Assembly: GCA_965203445.1 (NCBI GenBank) | Contig: OZ241883.1 | Location: 2,048,001 to 2,112,000, forward strand | DNA: 64,000 nt | DNA from: Candidatus Oxydemutator sp. | GTDB taxonomy: Bacteria; Pseudomonadota; Gammaproteobacteria; Poriferisulfidales; Oxydemutatoraceae | Direction: 5' to 3' | Part shown: positions 14,301 to 22,692 of the stretch, one piece after another | Position numbering within the stretch: the stretch's first letter is position 1 | How the letters are laid out: each line of letters begins with the position of its first letter | Program-made: the position numbers and the translations under genes | Notes under the pieces: generated by a model | Database searches by the model: none | What the model was told of the DNA's origin: nothing | The model's input: only the letters and a program-made list of their open reading frames with translations

Positions 14301-17300
14301 CATTGGCGCCCGCCAAACCGCCCGCCCCCCAAACACCCTTTACCCTGCCGGCTTGACCATCTACGCTGCCACCCAGCACGTAACACGCCGCCACTCTGCC
14401 TTCGTTACGACCCACCAGCGCGCCCGTATGAACTCCTGCCCCCACGCTCACGAAAACGTCCCTCAGGCCCACGTTGCGGATCCTGCCGCCGACGCCCACG
14501 GCACTGAACAAACCCGCGTTATTCAACGACGGGCTCTCAATACGCAAATTGCTTATGACGTGGCCGTTGCCTTCAAAAACCGCGGTGTAATACTCTAACG
14601 GAGACCCACCCCCTAACGGCGTCCAGTTCCCCACGCTCGACAAATCCAGGTCGTTCGACAACTCGTAGCCGGCGCACGTGCCGGGACAGGTGCTACTCTC
14701 GTTAAAAAATGGAAATGCCTCTTCGTAAGCATCCGCGTCGTCTCCATCAGCCACGCCGAGCAAACCCATACCGCCCAAGTCATAGCGGATCGCCGACAAC
14801 TGCGACGTCGTCGCAACCTCTATTAAATTATCGCCGTCGCGGTCGTAATCCATCCCGCGGTTCCTTTCGATGCTGCTGACGACCGCGGAACTGGCGGCGC
14901 TCAAACGCAGCCCGTCCAAACCCCTCGGTTCGCTCAAGCGCACGCGGAACGTCTCTCTCCCCTCCGGCCCGTCGCCATCCCTGATAGTGATGCTGAAAAC
15001 CGCGCTGTCGGTGTTGACCAGGACCACCTCCCCGCGCGTCGCCTCGGAAAAGTCGTCCGCATCGGCGTGGCCTTCGCCGACGCCGGTCAACTCCACCGAC
15101 CAATTCATCGTCACCACACCAGCGCCGTAAGCGCTCAATGTCACCGCGTACTCCGCCGCCCCGCCCTCAAAGTTCCTTCCGACACCCTGCGACAACGTCA
15201 CCAATACGTCGGCCACCGGGCGCTGCACTCGGATGCCGGTGGTGTTGCCCTTGGGGTAACGGGCGCTCACGCCGCGCAGTACCGGATAATCAAAACCACT
15301 CCCGAAATCCCACGGCGCGTCGTCGTTCAAATCATCGTCATCAAGCTGATCCACGCCGTCCACGTCCAATTTGTCCCAACCGGCGTATATGCCCACGGCC
15401 GACGTCGGGGCGCGCAACTGTAAGGACGTCCTCGACGTATGCGCGTCCGACGACGGCGGCGTCTGGCCGCCACAGCACGATGTCTGCCCGCTGCGCCCGC
15501 GGTCGTAGTAGCTTGCCTGAACGTCGTATTTGTCGGCATCGCTTTCATTGCGCCTTCCCAACAAGCCGCCCCTTACGGTGCTTCCGCCATAGCGACCCCC
15601 GGACACCATACCGACGGAGTAACTGGCGCTCACCACCGAACCTGCAATGGCTTCGCCTATCAGACCACCCGCCGTGTGGGCGTCCGCATGTACCCCCACG
15701 TCCGCGTAACTCGCTATTACCGTGCCACCATTGGCGCCCGCCAAACCGCCCGCCCCCCAAACACCCTTTACCCTGCCGGCTTGACCATCTACGCTGCCAC
15801 CCAGCACGTAACACGCCGCCACTCTGCCTTCGTTACGACCCACCAGCGCGCCCGTATGAACTCCTGCCCCCACGCTCACGAAAACGTCCCTCAGGCCCAC
15901 GTTGCGGATCCTGCCGCCGACGCCCACGGCACTGAACAAACCCGCGTTATTCAACGACGGGCTCTCAATGCGCAAATTGCTTATGACGTGGCCGTTGCCT
16001 TCAAAAACCGCGGTGTAATACTCTAACGGAGACCCACCCCCTAACGGCGTCCAGTTCCCCACGCTCGACAAATCCAGGTCGTTCGACAACTCGTAGCCGG
16101 CGCACGTGCCGGGACAGGTGCTACTCTCGTTAAAAAATGGAAATGCCTCTTTGTAAGCATCCGCGTCGTCCCCATCAGCCACGCCGAGCAAACCCATACC
16201 GCCCAAGTCATAGCGGATCGCCGACAACTGCGACGTCGTCGCAACCTCTATTAAATTATCGCCGTCGAGGTCGTAATCCGTCCCGCCGCTCCTTGCGATG
16301 ACGCTGACGACCGTGGACCTGGCGGCGCTCAACGACGAGTTGGCCGGCGCCTGAAAGTCGCTCAACTGCACTCGGAACGTCTCTCTGCCTTCCGTCATCT
16401 GATCGCGCGCTATGCCGATCTGGAAAACCGCGCTGTCGGTGTTGACGAGGGTTACCGTCCCTCTCGTCGTGGAAAAATCGGCCGCAACGGCGTGGCCGGT
16501 GCCGACACCGGTGAGCACCACCGACCAGCTCATCGTCGCCACGTCGGCGACGCCGCCCAATTCCACCGCATACGTCGCCGTCGAACCTTCCGCTGCCAAA
16601 GCGCCGCCTCGTTGCGAGAACGTCGCAAATACCGGCGGCTGCAAGCGCTGCTGCACGCCGATATTCGTGGTGTTGCCGTTGCCGCGCAACACCGGATATT
16701 GGAACGGATTGCCAAAGTCCCACGGCGCGTCGTCGTTCGTGCCGGCGCCGTTCAAGTCCAGCTTGTCCCAACCGGCGTATATCTCCACCGCGGACGTCGG
16801 CGTGCGCAACGCGACGGAACTCTTGGGCGACCGATCCGGCGACGGCGCGTTACTGTCGCAGCACGAACTCACTCTGGCGCGCCTTTTATCAAAGTAGCTC
16901 GACTGAATCTCGGCGGCTGAATCATGCTGCCCCACCAGACCGCCGAACCCGGAAGGGTTCTCCGACACTACCAGCGTGTAACTGGCACTCACTATGCTAT
17001 TGGCGCGGGTACGGCCTACCAGACCGCCCAACGGCTGAGACGTGGCACGAGGTATCGACACATTGGTATAACTGGCAATTATGATTCCACGCGCGCGCAA
17101 ATCGCCCACCAGACTGCCCGTGTAAAAACCGCCGGATACCGTGCCACCTGCCACGTAACTCGACGCTATTCTGCCATGGGCAGTTCCCGCCAATGCGCCC
17201 GTATAGAAGCTGAAGCTGCCTGTATGCAAGCTCACGTTTACGTCCACCAAACCCACGTTGCGGACGACACTGGCGGCGCCCAGGCCGCGGAACAAACCCA

Positions 17301-17718
17301 CAAAGTCCCAATCGGAATTCCCGCCGTCAATGCTCATGTTGCTGATAACGTGGCCGTTACCCTCGAACACTCTGTTGTAATGGTTCCCATCAGGCAAAAT
17401 TGCAGGAAAAGATGCGCGCGATCCGCCCCCTATCGGGTTCCAGTTCGCGCCCGACAAGTCTATATCATTCAACAGTTCATAACCGGTGCAGGTGGAAGGA
17501 CAACCCATGCCTTGTATGGCGTCGGGAAACGCGTCTCTATAGGCGGCCGCGGCGGCGTTGCCGACGCCCATCAAATCATGGGTGATGGCCTGTAACTGCG
17601 CCCGATCTCTGACGTCTATCAGATTGTTGTCATTATTGTCATAGTCAACGGAGGTTTGGATTTGGGCCGCGGCACCCGTGGCAAAAAACATCAACAGCAA
17701 GTATGCGACAATTTTCAT
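8347..17718 (-). CDS. Giant secreted repeat protein (about 3120 aa): signal peptide, six GLUG-like/Calx-beta units, C-terminal dockerin/EF-hand-like domain; probable adhesin or surface protein
   Basis: Signal peptide MKIVAYLLLMFFATGAAA|Q; repeated DYD.D.NNLI.V...SQL.AIRYDL, GYEL.ND.DLS, FEGNGHVISNL, GGLVG, PWDFG..YPVL; Calx-beta motifs (DD...E.RETFRV.L; SGTATAGADY); C-terminus VYLQGAY..DWVLVELR..HRNHL..GDVDRNGVID. Confidence 0.85.
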   Translation of the reverse strand: MKIVAYLLLMFFATGAAAQIQTSVDYDNNDNNLIDVRDRAQLQAITHDLMGVGNAAAAAYRDAFPDAIQGMGCPSTCTGYELLNDIDLSGANWNPIGGGSRASFPAILPDGNHYNRVFEGNGHVISNMSIDGGNSDWDFVGLFRGLGAASVVRNVGLVDVNVSLHTGSFSFYTGALAGTAHGRIASSYVAGGTVSGGFYTGSLVGDLRARGIIIASYTNVSIPRATSQPLGGLVGRTRANSIVSASYTLVVSENPSGFGGLVGQHDSAAEIQSSYFDKRRARVSSCCDSNAPSPDRSPKSSVALRTPTSAVEIYAGWDKLDLNGAGTNDDAPWDFGNPFQYPVLRGNGNTTNIGVQQRLQPPVFATFSQRGGALAAEGSTATYAVELGGVADVATMSWSVVLTGVGTGHAVAADFSTTRGTVTLVNTDSAVFQIGIARDQMTEGRETFRVQLSDFQAPANSSLSAARSTVVSVIARSGGTDYDLDGDNLIEVATTSQLSAIRYDLGGMGLLGVADGDDADAYKEAFPFFNESSTCPGTCAGYELSNDLDLSSVGNWTPLGGGSPLEYYTAVFEGNGHVISNLRIESPSLNNAGLFSAVGVGGRIRNVGLRDVFVSVGAGVHTGALVGRNEGRVAACYVLGGSVDGQAGRVKGVWGAGGLAGANGGTVIASYADVGVHADAHTAGGLIGEAIAGSVVSASYSVGMVSGGRYGGSTVRGGLLGRRNESDADKYDVQASYYDRGRSGQTSCCGGQTPPSSDAHTSRTSLQLRAPTSAVGIYAGWDKLDVDGVDQLDDDDLNDDAPWDFGSGFDYPVLRGVSARYPKGNTTGIRVQRPVADVLVTLSQGVGRNFEGGAAEYAVTLSAYGAGVVTMNWSVELTGVGEGHADADDFSEATRGEVVLVNTDSAVFSITIRDGDGPEGRETFRVRLSEPRGLDGLRLSAASSAVVSSIERNRGMDYDRDGDNLIEVATTSQLSAIRYDLGGMGLLGVADGDDADAYEEAFPFFNESSTCPGTCAGYELSNDLDLSSVGNWTPLGGGSPLEYYTAVFEGNGHVISNLRIESPSLNNAGLFSAVGVGGRIRNVGLRDVFVSVGAGVHTGALVGRNEGRVAACYVLGGSVDGQAGRVKGVWGAGGLAGANGGTVIASYADVGVHADAHTAGGLIGEAIAGSVVSASYSVGMVSGGRYGGSTVRGGLLGRRNESDADKYDVQASYYDRGRSGQTSCCGGQTPPSSDAHTSRTSLQLRAPTSAVGIYAGWDKLDVDGVDQLDDDDLNDDAPWDFGSGFDYPVLRGVSARFPGGNAAGIGVQRRLQPQVLLTLSQRGADLLTEGQVVEYTVELDGRVSQLVMNWSVEYTGAGDGHAEASDFDGDMDGVLVLTNTSSADFQVRIADDVRPELRETFRVRVSGFLTSGALRQRLNVASSAVVSVIASHGKNYDADDNGLIDVMTTSQLSAIRYDLRGMGLGGVDGEDVAAVAAYEGAFPFFDEIGACAGGCKGYELLNDVDLSGLAWQPIGGGGLDPRVDGRLPEKYLYKAVFEGNGHVISNMEVNAPNVVWHFVGLFRGLGAGGVIRNVGLMGAKVAVHMNSISTGGLAGVNYGGKVAACYVVGEDDQGDVIGSWTVGGLVGGNEGTIIASYANAYVRGAASPTGGLVGYNAPGGKIIASYSLGIVGLARVVWPHATRNDGGLVGQNDAASTAIEASYYDRDSGGLSSGGTNVSATAVRTSRELRSPVAAEGIYAAWSGLNVDDTTGTVMGVLTLNDDNPWDFGTNLDYPVLRGVSERYPDGNTTGIRAQRLAAGVFVTLSQGAGRKSEGEEAEYAVTLSTRGAGAVTMNWSVELTGVGEGHAEALDFDGATSGQVVLAGTASAVFQVGIKEDETPERRETFRVRISDLQGPDNVRLNPAGSAVVSVIAPNGRDYDPDGNNLINVATTSQLAAIRYDLGGAGLRGVADGDVVAYDEAFPFFDKVKTCAGGCKGYELSNDVDLSSVRNWTPLGGGNPIKYYTAVFEGNGHVVSNLRIQSSLRLDNAGLFGAVSGVGTIRNVGLRDVSVEVGGGSMHTGALVGRNEGKVAACYVTGGSVKGVFAAGGLAGANHGTVLASYAAVGVHADGLRSGGLIGRAAAGSVVSASYSIGRVTGGARGGSTYRGGLVGGRDEADAAEYDVQASYFDRARSGQSSCCGENEPSPDRSSRTSIELRAPTAAAGIYAGWDQLDVDGVASTAMGAVTLNDDAPWDFGSGLDYPVLRGVSARYPTGNTTSAGVQRRLQPPVSLTLSQRGADLVTEGQDVEYIVELDVPSVIQLVMNWSVEYTGAGDGHAEASDFDGDRDGFLFLTNTRSAVFQVSIADDGTPDLRETFRVRVSGFVTSSALRRRLNVASSAVVSVIAPHGKDYDPDGNNLINVATTSQLAAIRHDLGGAGLRGVADGDVVAYDEAFPFFDEAETCAGGCKGYELSNDVDLSSVRNWTPIGGGNPTKYYTAVFEGNGHVVSNLRIQSSLRLDNAGLFGAVSGAGTIRNVGLRDVNVEVGGGSMHTGALVGRNEGKVAASYVTGGRVKGVSATGGLAGANYGAVLASYAAVGVHADGLRSGGLIGRAAAGSVVSASYSIGRVTGGAHGASIYRGGLVGGRDEADAAEYDVQASYFDHARSGQSSCCGENEPSPDRSSRTSIELRAPTAAMGIYAGWDQLDVDGVASTAMGVVTLNDDAPWDFGSRFDYPALRGVSIRYPGGNTTSIRVQRQRQPSVPVVMLATPAHIRTTESDVELRFEVALSPATAVIGEDVTIHYQVSGTATAGADYRDEDGGMVVMAVGTTRAVIRLRLLDDYVIEPEEELVLQLLRTRGDSVAVATTRFSTVVTIANDDRLVVVDARVYLQGAYGGSRGMSTGLIDVLPRRQPYNVAPWNYPAATTVPHVGEELGLSGVTSTIVDWVLVELRTGATADAALASAPTTGGRAAGLLLRDGRIAGINEEAATAADTLFLNGVRFETELPEGQEVYVLVHHRNHLSVISANALAPGSEGCTAGYCVDFRFAQSHGDGQAEVGQGTYAMFAGDVDRNGVIDERDEVLIRVHNLRSLGAGAYRDPDAAGNYAVDADLDFDGEVLSADRCFMLAPGNQGRCRTFSAP
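9520..11964. repeat. Highly similar intragenic repeat (units 5 and 6), period 1419 bp
   Basis: Matching shadow ORFs at 10088/11507 and 10258/11677; unit starts at 11964 and 10545. Confidence 0.9.
13840..16278. repeat. Near-identical intragenic repeat (units 2 and 3), about 1 kb, period 1428 bp
   Basis: Identical shadow ORFs at 14011/15439, 13899/15327 and 14117/15545; only a few substitutions seen. Confidence 0.92.
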
Positions 17719-17858
17719 TGTCCGCGCCTTGGCCATGAGCAACCGCGGCTGCTCGCCCGCAACTCGCGCATTAATTCCAAATCTGAGGTTCATTCTATAT
17801 CGCATCCAGCGAAACTTGACAGGGTTACTATTACGGGTTTGCGATGCTCGCGCCTGCC

Positions 17859-18899
17859 TTACGGTGTCTTCTTGCGCGTCAGGGTGTCCGTGCTCGCGGT
17901 AAGCGGTTCATAGACCGCATCGTGTAAGCGGTAGTACCAACGGGAGAAATGCTCGTCCAAGGATTGCGCCTCGGCCGCGATCTTGGCACGCTTGTCGTCT
18001 GCGACCGCGAACTGCTCCATGATCTGATCGTCGGCGTGCGCGCCGACCGCGGCGTAGGGGGTTTCCCCGACCCGATACACCCGTAACGCGATCTGCAAGC
18101 CGTCGAAAGTCGTAAATATCGCCGTTATGGTGTCGTCCGGCAGGGTGAAATCGTCGTTTTTGACGTAGACTTCGTTAAAGTCGAGAAAATCCACGGTCGC
18201 GGCGATTCGGTTCAGCGCTCCCGGATCTTTCAATTCATAATCCTCGCCAAGCGCCGCAAGCGCCAACTCCTGGCCGCGGCCCTGGCGCACCATCTCGAGC
18301 GTCTCGCCGTCCGGCTTCGCAATCGTCGCGCGGTGCAGATCGGCCGGCTCCATATGGATTATGCGCGTATCGAGCCAGGTGCGCGCCTCGGTTTCCAGGA
18401 AAAACCTGCGGTTTATCAGCCAGCTCGCATCTTCGTCCGCGATACGCACGAACTGGCCCTCGCTCAGCTGGCTGCTTGGATTGCCCATGATGACCTCCCA
18501 GGAACGCTGCGCACCGGCGAGCGCTACCGACAGACCGCCGCCCGCCTCCGGGCCGGCGACGCCCAACTGCTCGTATTGCTCCGGCTTCGAGGTCATACGC
18601 TCGACCCGTCGCGCCTCCGACAGCGCCAGCAGCAAGTTGCGGATTTTCACCCGATCCGCCGGGTAGCCGTCCTTATTCGCAACCCGCCACACGTCGCGCT
18701 CGCCGCGCACAAGATGCACTTCGGCGCCGCCCGCGCCCCGCAACGTGATTGCGGAGACGCGATTGGCCGCGTCCACGTCGAGATCGGGGAACAATGCGCC
18801 GTGGCCGTCGCCGTCGTCGTCCTCGCCGGCGAGGAACGCGACTCCCGCGATTGCCAGCAGCGCGATCAGGACGATGAAGACGACCGACCGGTTACTCAT
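17859..18899 (-). CDS. DUF4340-type membrane-anchored periplasmic protein
   Basis: N-terminal TM, W.V..KDGYPAD...I..LL..L..A...E..T..P..Y..LGV motif; last gene of the Gld-type ABC operon. Confidence 0.8.
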   Translation of the reverse strand: MSNRSVVFIVLIALLAIAGVAFLAGEDDDGDGHGALFPDLDVDAANRVSAITLRGAGGAEVHLVRGERDVWRVANKDGYPADRVKIRNLLLALSEARRVERMTSKPEQYEQLGVAGPEAGGGLSVALAGAQRSWEVIMGNPSSQLSEGQFVRIADEDASWLINRRFFLETEARTWLDTRIIHMEPADLHRATIAKPDGETLEMVRQGRGQELALAALGEDYELKDPGALNRIAATVDFLDFNEVYVKNDDFTLPDDTITAIFTTFDGLQIALRVYRVGETPYAAVGAHADDQIMEQFAVADDKRAKIAAEAQSLDEHFSRWYYRLHDAVYEPLTASTDTLTRKKTP

Positions 18900-20811
18900 T
18901 CCTAAGGCGCCCGCGGAAGCGAATGAACGCGAACAACAACGCCAGCAGTATCACGATACCCGGCACCAGACCGATGTTGATCACTTTCAGGCGGTTGCCG
19001 AGCGCGTCTATGTCTTTCGCCAACTTGTGCTTGACGTCGCGCAACTCCTTGCGCGTCTGCACCATCTGCGCGCGCAGGCGCGCGACTTCCTGCTGCTGTT
19101 CGGCGGTCAGTATCGTCGAGCGGCTGTCGGTGCGCTTGCTTTGCAGTTCCTGAAGTTTGCGTTCGGTCTCGCCGACCTTGCGTTGCAGGCCCTCCTCGGT
19201 CGCGCGGTACCTGGCGCTCGATTGGCGCTCGAGTTCGAGCACGCGCGTGAACGGGCGGCTCAGGCTTGCGCGCCCGCGGATGCCGATCAATTCGTTGCCG
19301 CCGGTGTAGTGGTCGACCGCGTTGATCATGAAATCGCGGTTGCTGGCGTGGGGCTGATAGATCCTCCTGCCGAAAAACTCGCGCGCCTGCACCCACATGC
19401 GGTCGGACAGCACGTCGACGTCGGCCACGACCAGCAGATTGGCCTCGCCGTCCGTCCGTGCGACGTGTTCCCGTTGCGGCGGCTTCGCCTGTTCCTGCTC
19501 TTTCTGATCGTCGCCGCCGTCCTCCTCTTGGTCGTCGGGCGGCGGGCCTTCGAAGGCGCTGTCAAGCGCGCCCGTTATCTTGGCGACCACCGGGTAGCGC
19601 TCGCCGCTCGGAGAAAACCCCTGCATCAGGGCGCTCGCGTCGGCGACGAAGCGCAGGCGCGCCAGCGGCATCAGCATCGAGTTTTCGCTCGACTGCACCA
19701 GCGGCGTCATCTCGACCCGCTCCTCGTCGAGCACGCGCACGTGCGATGCGATCCCGAAATTGACCTGCTCGAGCATTGCCGTTACGACGTCCTCGCGGTT
19801 CATGTTGCCCTTCGTATATCCGAGCAGCACGGCGTTGCGGCTCGGCGTCTGTCCCGGCGCCGCCGCCATCAGCGCGTGGTTGGGGTCGGCGACCACGGTG
19901 TCCTCGGGCACGACGAACCCCCACGACTTGAACAGGCGGTTCAGCGACGAACTCCTGGCCCGGGCGTCGGGCAGCGGCACGTCCTGCGGCACCGGTATCT
20001 CCTCGACCTCGGCGTACGGATCCACGAAAAACAGCGCCTTGCCGCCCTTCATCACGTACTGGTCTATCGCGTACAGGGTCTTGTCGGCAAGCTGCTTCGG
20101 ATGCGCGACGACCAGCAGGTCGACGTCATCCTCCACGCGCTCGGCGTCGGTGAACACCAACTTGACCGTGAACAACTGCTCCAACTGCTCGATAATCACC
20201 CACGGGTTTTGCGGGTTGCCTATCGGCGAGCCGAAGCCGGTCGGATACATCGGCAACGACGTCATCAGCCCCAGCACCGGCTTCTTCGGATGTATCAGGC
20301 TGTAGAGCAGCTTGTCCACGTCGTATTCGAGAAATACCTCGCGGTTCGAGTGCAGAAAAGGTATCACCTCGACGTTGCCGACCGCGTTGCTGCCGGCGAG
20401 ACCGAAGTACAGCGACTGGCCGGTGTTCTGAATCGGCACCTTTTGCAGGCCGAAGCCAGTGGCGCGGTCCTCGTCCTCGGAAAAAGGTTCCGGGTCTATC
20501 GTGTGCAGCTGAATCTTTCCGTCGGCGTGAAACACGAACTCCTCCAACAGTTCACGCACTTGCGCGTGGTACTTGCGCAGCGGCGCCAAGTCCCTGCTGG
20601 GGTCCTCGGAAAAGAACAGATAGAGCTTGATCGGCTGCTCTATGCTTTCGATGATCTCCAGCGTGTTGTCCGACAACGTGTAAATCTTGTTCTCGGTGAG
20701 ATCGAGGCGCAAGTGTTTCAGGCCGATATTGGCGAGCGTCATCAGCACGATGAAGGTCAGCCCCAGCAGCGCGTAGATTACGGGCGCCGGCACGGCGGCG
20801 CTTTTTTTCAC
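18892..20811 (-). CDS. gldG: GldG-family ABC transporter auxiliary component
   Basis: RLDLTENKIYTLSDNT, IDPEPFSEDED, LYFGLAG, FLEYD, LYAIDQYVMKGG, NRDFMINAVD, C-terminal coiled coil plus TM. Confidence 0.85.
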   Translation of the reverse strand: MKKSAAVPAPVIYALLGLTFIVLMTLANIGLKHLRLDLTENKIYTLSDNTLEIIESIEQPIKLYLFFSEDPSRDLAPLRKYHAQVRELLEEFVFHADGKIQLHTIDPEPFSEDEDRATGFGLQKVPIQNTGQSLYFGLAGSNAVGNVEVIPFLHSNREVFLEYDVDKLLYSLIHPKKPVLGLMTSLPMYPTGFGSPIGNPQNPWVIIEQLEQLFTVKLVFTDAERVEDDVDLLVVAHPKQLADKTLYAIDQYVMKGGKALFFVDPYAEVEEIPVPQDVPLPDARARSSSLNRLFKSWGFVVPEDTVVADPNHALMAAAPGQTPSRNAVLLGYTKGNMNREDVVTAMLEQVNFGIASHVRVLDEERVEMTPLVQSSENSMLMPLARLRFVADASALMQGFSPSGERYPVVAKITGALDSAFEGPPPDDQEEDGGDDQKEQEQAKPPQREHVARTDGEANLLVVADVDVLSDRMWVQAREFFGRRIYQPHASNRDFMINAVDHYTGGNELIGIRGRASLSRPFTRVLELERQSSARYRATEEGLQRKVGETERKLQELQSKRTDSRSTILTAEQQQEVARLRAQMVQTRKELRDVKHKLAKDIDALGNRLKVINIGLVPGIVILLALLFAFIRFRGRLRNE

Positions 20812-20812
20812 G

Positions 20813-21547
20813 TCACTCGCCACGCCTGCTCTCCAGTACGACGACGTTGGCGCCCAGCCAGAACACGATCATCAGCACAAAGTACACCAGGTCGCGCGCG
20901 TCTATCACGCCCTTGCTGATCGAGACGAAGTGCGACAAAAAACTCAGCGACGAGATCGTGTCGACGAACATCTGCGGCAGCCACGCCTGGAACAAGTCGA
21001 GCACGAACGGCAGGCTGCTCGACAAAAACACAAAGCAGATGACGATGCTGATGATGAAAGCGATGACCTGGTTGCGCGTGGTCGCCGAGACGCACGAACC
21101 GATGGCCAGAAATGCCCCCGCCATCAGGAAGCTGCCAAGATAGGCCGAGAGAATAACGCCGTTGTCCGGCTCGCCCAGATAATTGACCGTGATCCAGAGC
21201 GGGAAAGTCAGCACCAGCGCGGTGCCGGTGAACAGCCACGCGGCGATGTATTTGCCGAGCACCGCCTGCGCCGGGGTGACCGGCAGCGTCATCAGCAGCT
21301 CGATGCTGCCGCTCTTGCGCTCCTCGGCCCACAGGCGCATCGAGATCGCCGGTATCAGAAACAGATACAGCCACGGATGGAACTGGAAAAACGGCTGCAG
21401 ATCCGCCTCGCCGCGCTCGAAGAAATTGCCCAGATAAAACGTGAACGTCGCGATCAGCACCAGAAAAATGACGATGAACACGTACGCCAGAGGCGTCGCA
21501 AAATAGCCGGCCAGCTCTTTTCTCAGTATCGCGCCGACGACCTTCAT
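20813..21547 (-). CDS. gldF: GldF-family ABC-2 permease
   Basis: ELAGYFATPLAYVF, PAISMRLWAEERKSGSIELLMTLP, KGVIDARDLVYF. Confidence 0.85.
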   Translation of the reverse strand: MKVVGAILRKELAGYFATPLAYVFIVIFLVLIATFTFYLGNFFERGEADLQPFFQFHPWLYLFLIPAISMRLWAEERKSGSIELLMTLPVTPAQAVLGKYIAAWLFTGTALVLTFPLWITVNYLGEPDNGVILSAYLGSFLMAGAFLAIGSCVSATTRNQVIAFIISIVICFVFLSSSLPFVLDLFQAWLPQMFVDTISSLSFLSHFVSISKGVIDARDLVYFVLMIVFWLGANVVVLESRRGE

Positions 21548-22473
21548 GCGATGCTGCCTTCGGTGATCTCACGGAACACTTCATCGAGCCGCCCGTGCTC
21601 GATACGCAAATCGTCCGCAGCCAGTTCGCGGCCCGCGATGCGCCGGCCCAGGTCCTGATAGACGGCGTGCCGGCGGTCGCCTTCGGTGAAAATCACCCAG
21701 CGCTGGTGGACCAGGTCCTCCTCGACCGCGGTCACGCCTTCCATTTCGCCAAGCGCGCGCACCGCGTCGCGGTCGTCGCTTTGCAGGCTGACGGCGTGGT
21801 GGTAGCGCGAACGCGCCAGCAGTTCCGGCGGCGTCGAGTCCGCCAGCAGGCGTCCGTGCGCGATGATCAGCGCGCGCGTGCACACCGCCGAGACTTCCTC
21901 GAGGATGTGCGTCGAGATGACGACTATCTTGTCTTTGCTGAGCGAGTTGATCAACGCGCGCACGTGGTGCTTCTGGTTCGGATCAAGCCCGTCGGTCGGC
22001 TCGTCCATGATCAACACGCGCGGGTCGTGCATCAACGCCTGCGCCAGTCCGACGCGCCGCTTGAAGCCTTTGGACAGCGTATCCACCGGCTGGCGCAGCA
22101 CGTCTTGCAGTGCCAGCTCCTGCACGACGTAATCAAAACCGTCGCGCGCCCGCGCCTTGCCGAGCTGCCTGACGCGCGCGATGAAACGCAGAAAATCGGC
22201 GACCGTCATGTCGCCGTAGCTGGGCGCCCCCTCCGGCAGGTAGCCGATGATGCGCTTGGCCTCCAACGGCTGCTCGGTGATGTCAAAATCGCAGACGCCT
22301 ATGCGCCCCGAGGTCGGGCGCAGGAACCCGCAGACCATCTTCATCGTCGTGGATTTGCCGGCGCCGTTCGGCCCGAGGAAGCCGAGCACGTCGCCCGGGC
22401 GCACCTCGAAAGAGACCTTATCAACGGCCACAAGCCGGCCGAAACGCTTGCAGAGATTTTCTACTTTGATCAT
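21544..22473 (-). CDS. gldA: GldA-family ABC ATP-binding protein
   Basis: Walker A GPNGAGKST, IGYLPEGAPSY, LSKGFKRRVGLAQ, DEPTDGLDPNQ. Confidence 0.85.
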   Translation of the reverse strand: MIKVENLCKRFGRLVAVDKVSFEVRPGDVLGFLGPNGAGKSTTMKMVCGFLRPTSGRIGVCDFDITEQPLEAKRIIGYLPEGAPSYGDMTVADFLRFIARVRQLGKARARDGFDYVVQELALQDVLRQPVDTLSKGFKRRVGLAQALMHDPRVLIMDEPTDGLDPNQKHHVRALINSLSKDKIVVISTHILEEVSAVCTRALIIAHGRLLADSTPPELLARSRYHHAVSLQSDDRDAVRALGEMEGVTAVEEDLVHQRWVIFTEGDRRHAVYQDLGRRIAGRELAADDLRIEHGRLDEVFREITEGSIA

Positions 22474-22692
22474 GACGTTGCAGCTGAATCCGCGCCGGCC
22501 CGGAATTTTCGGGCGCTATTTGTAACGAAAATCGCGGCGCTTTTCAAGTGCCCGTATGCGTCCAATCGCCGGAGTTTGGGGAATATCATCCCGTGCAAGC
22601 TGCTGAAAGACAACTCTCCCGTTTGCCCAGAACATGGTGGCCCACGCGCACCCGCACCAGGCACGACCCCTCGAGCACCTCAAGGCCGGCCG

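Noticed and set aside
9520-16278. Possible DGR template/variable repeat pairs in the giant gene
   Set aside because: The repeats are in-frame domains of about 1 kb, the differences are not visibly adenine-restricted, and no reverse transcriptase is in the window.
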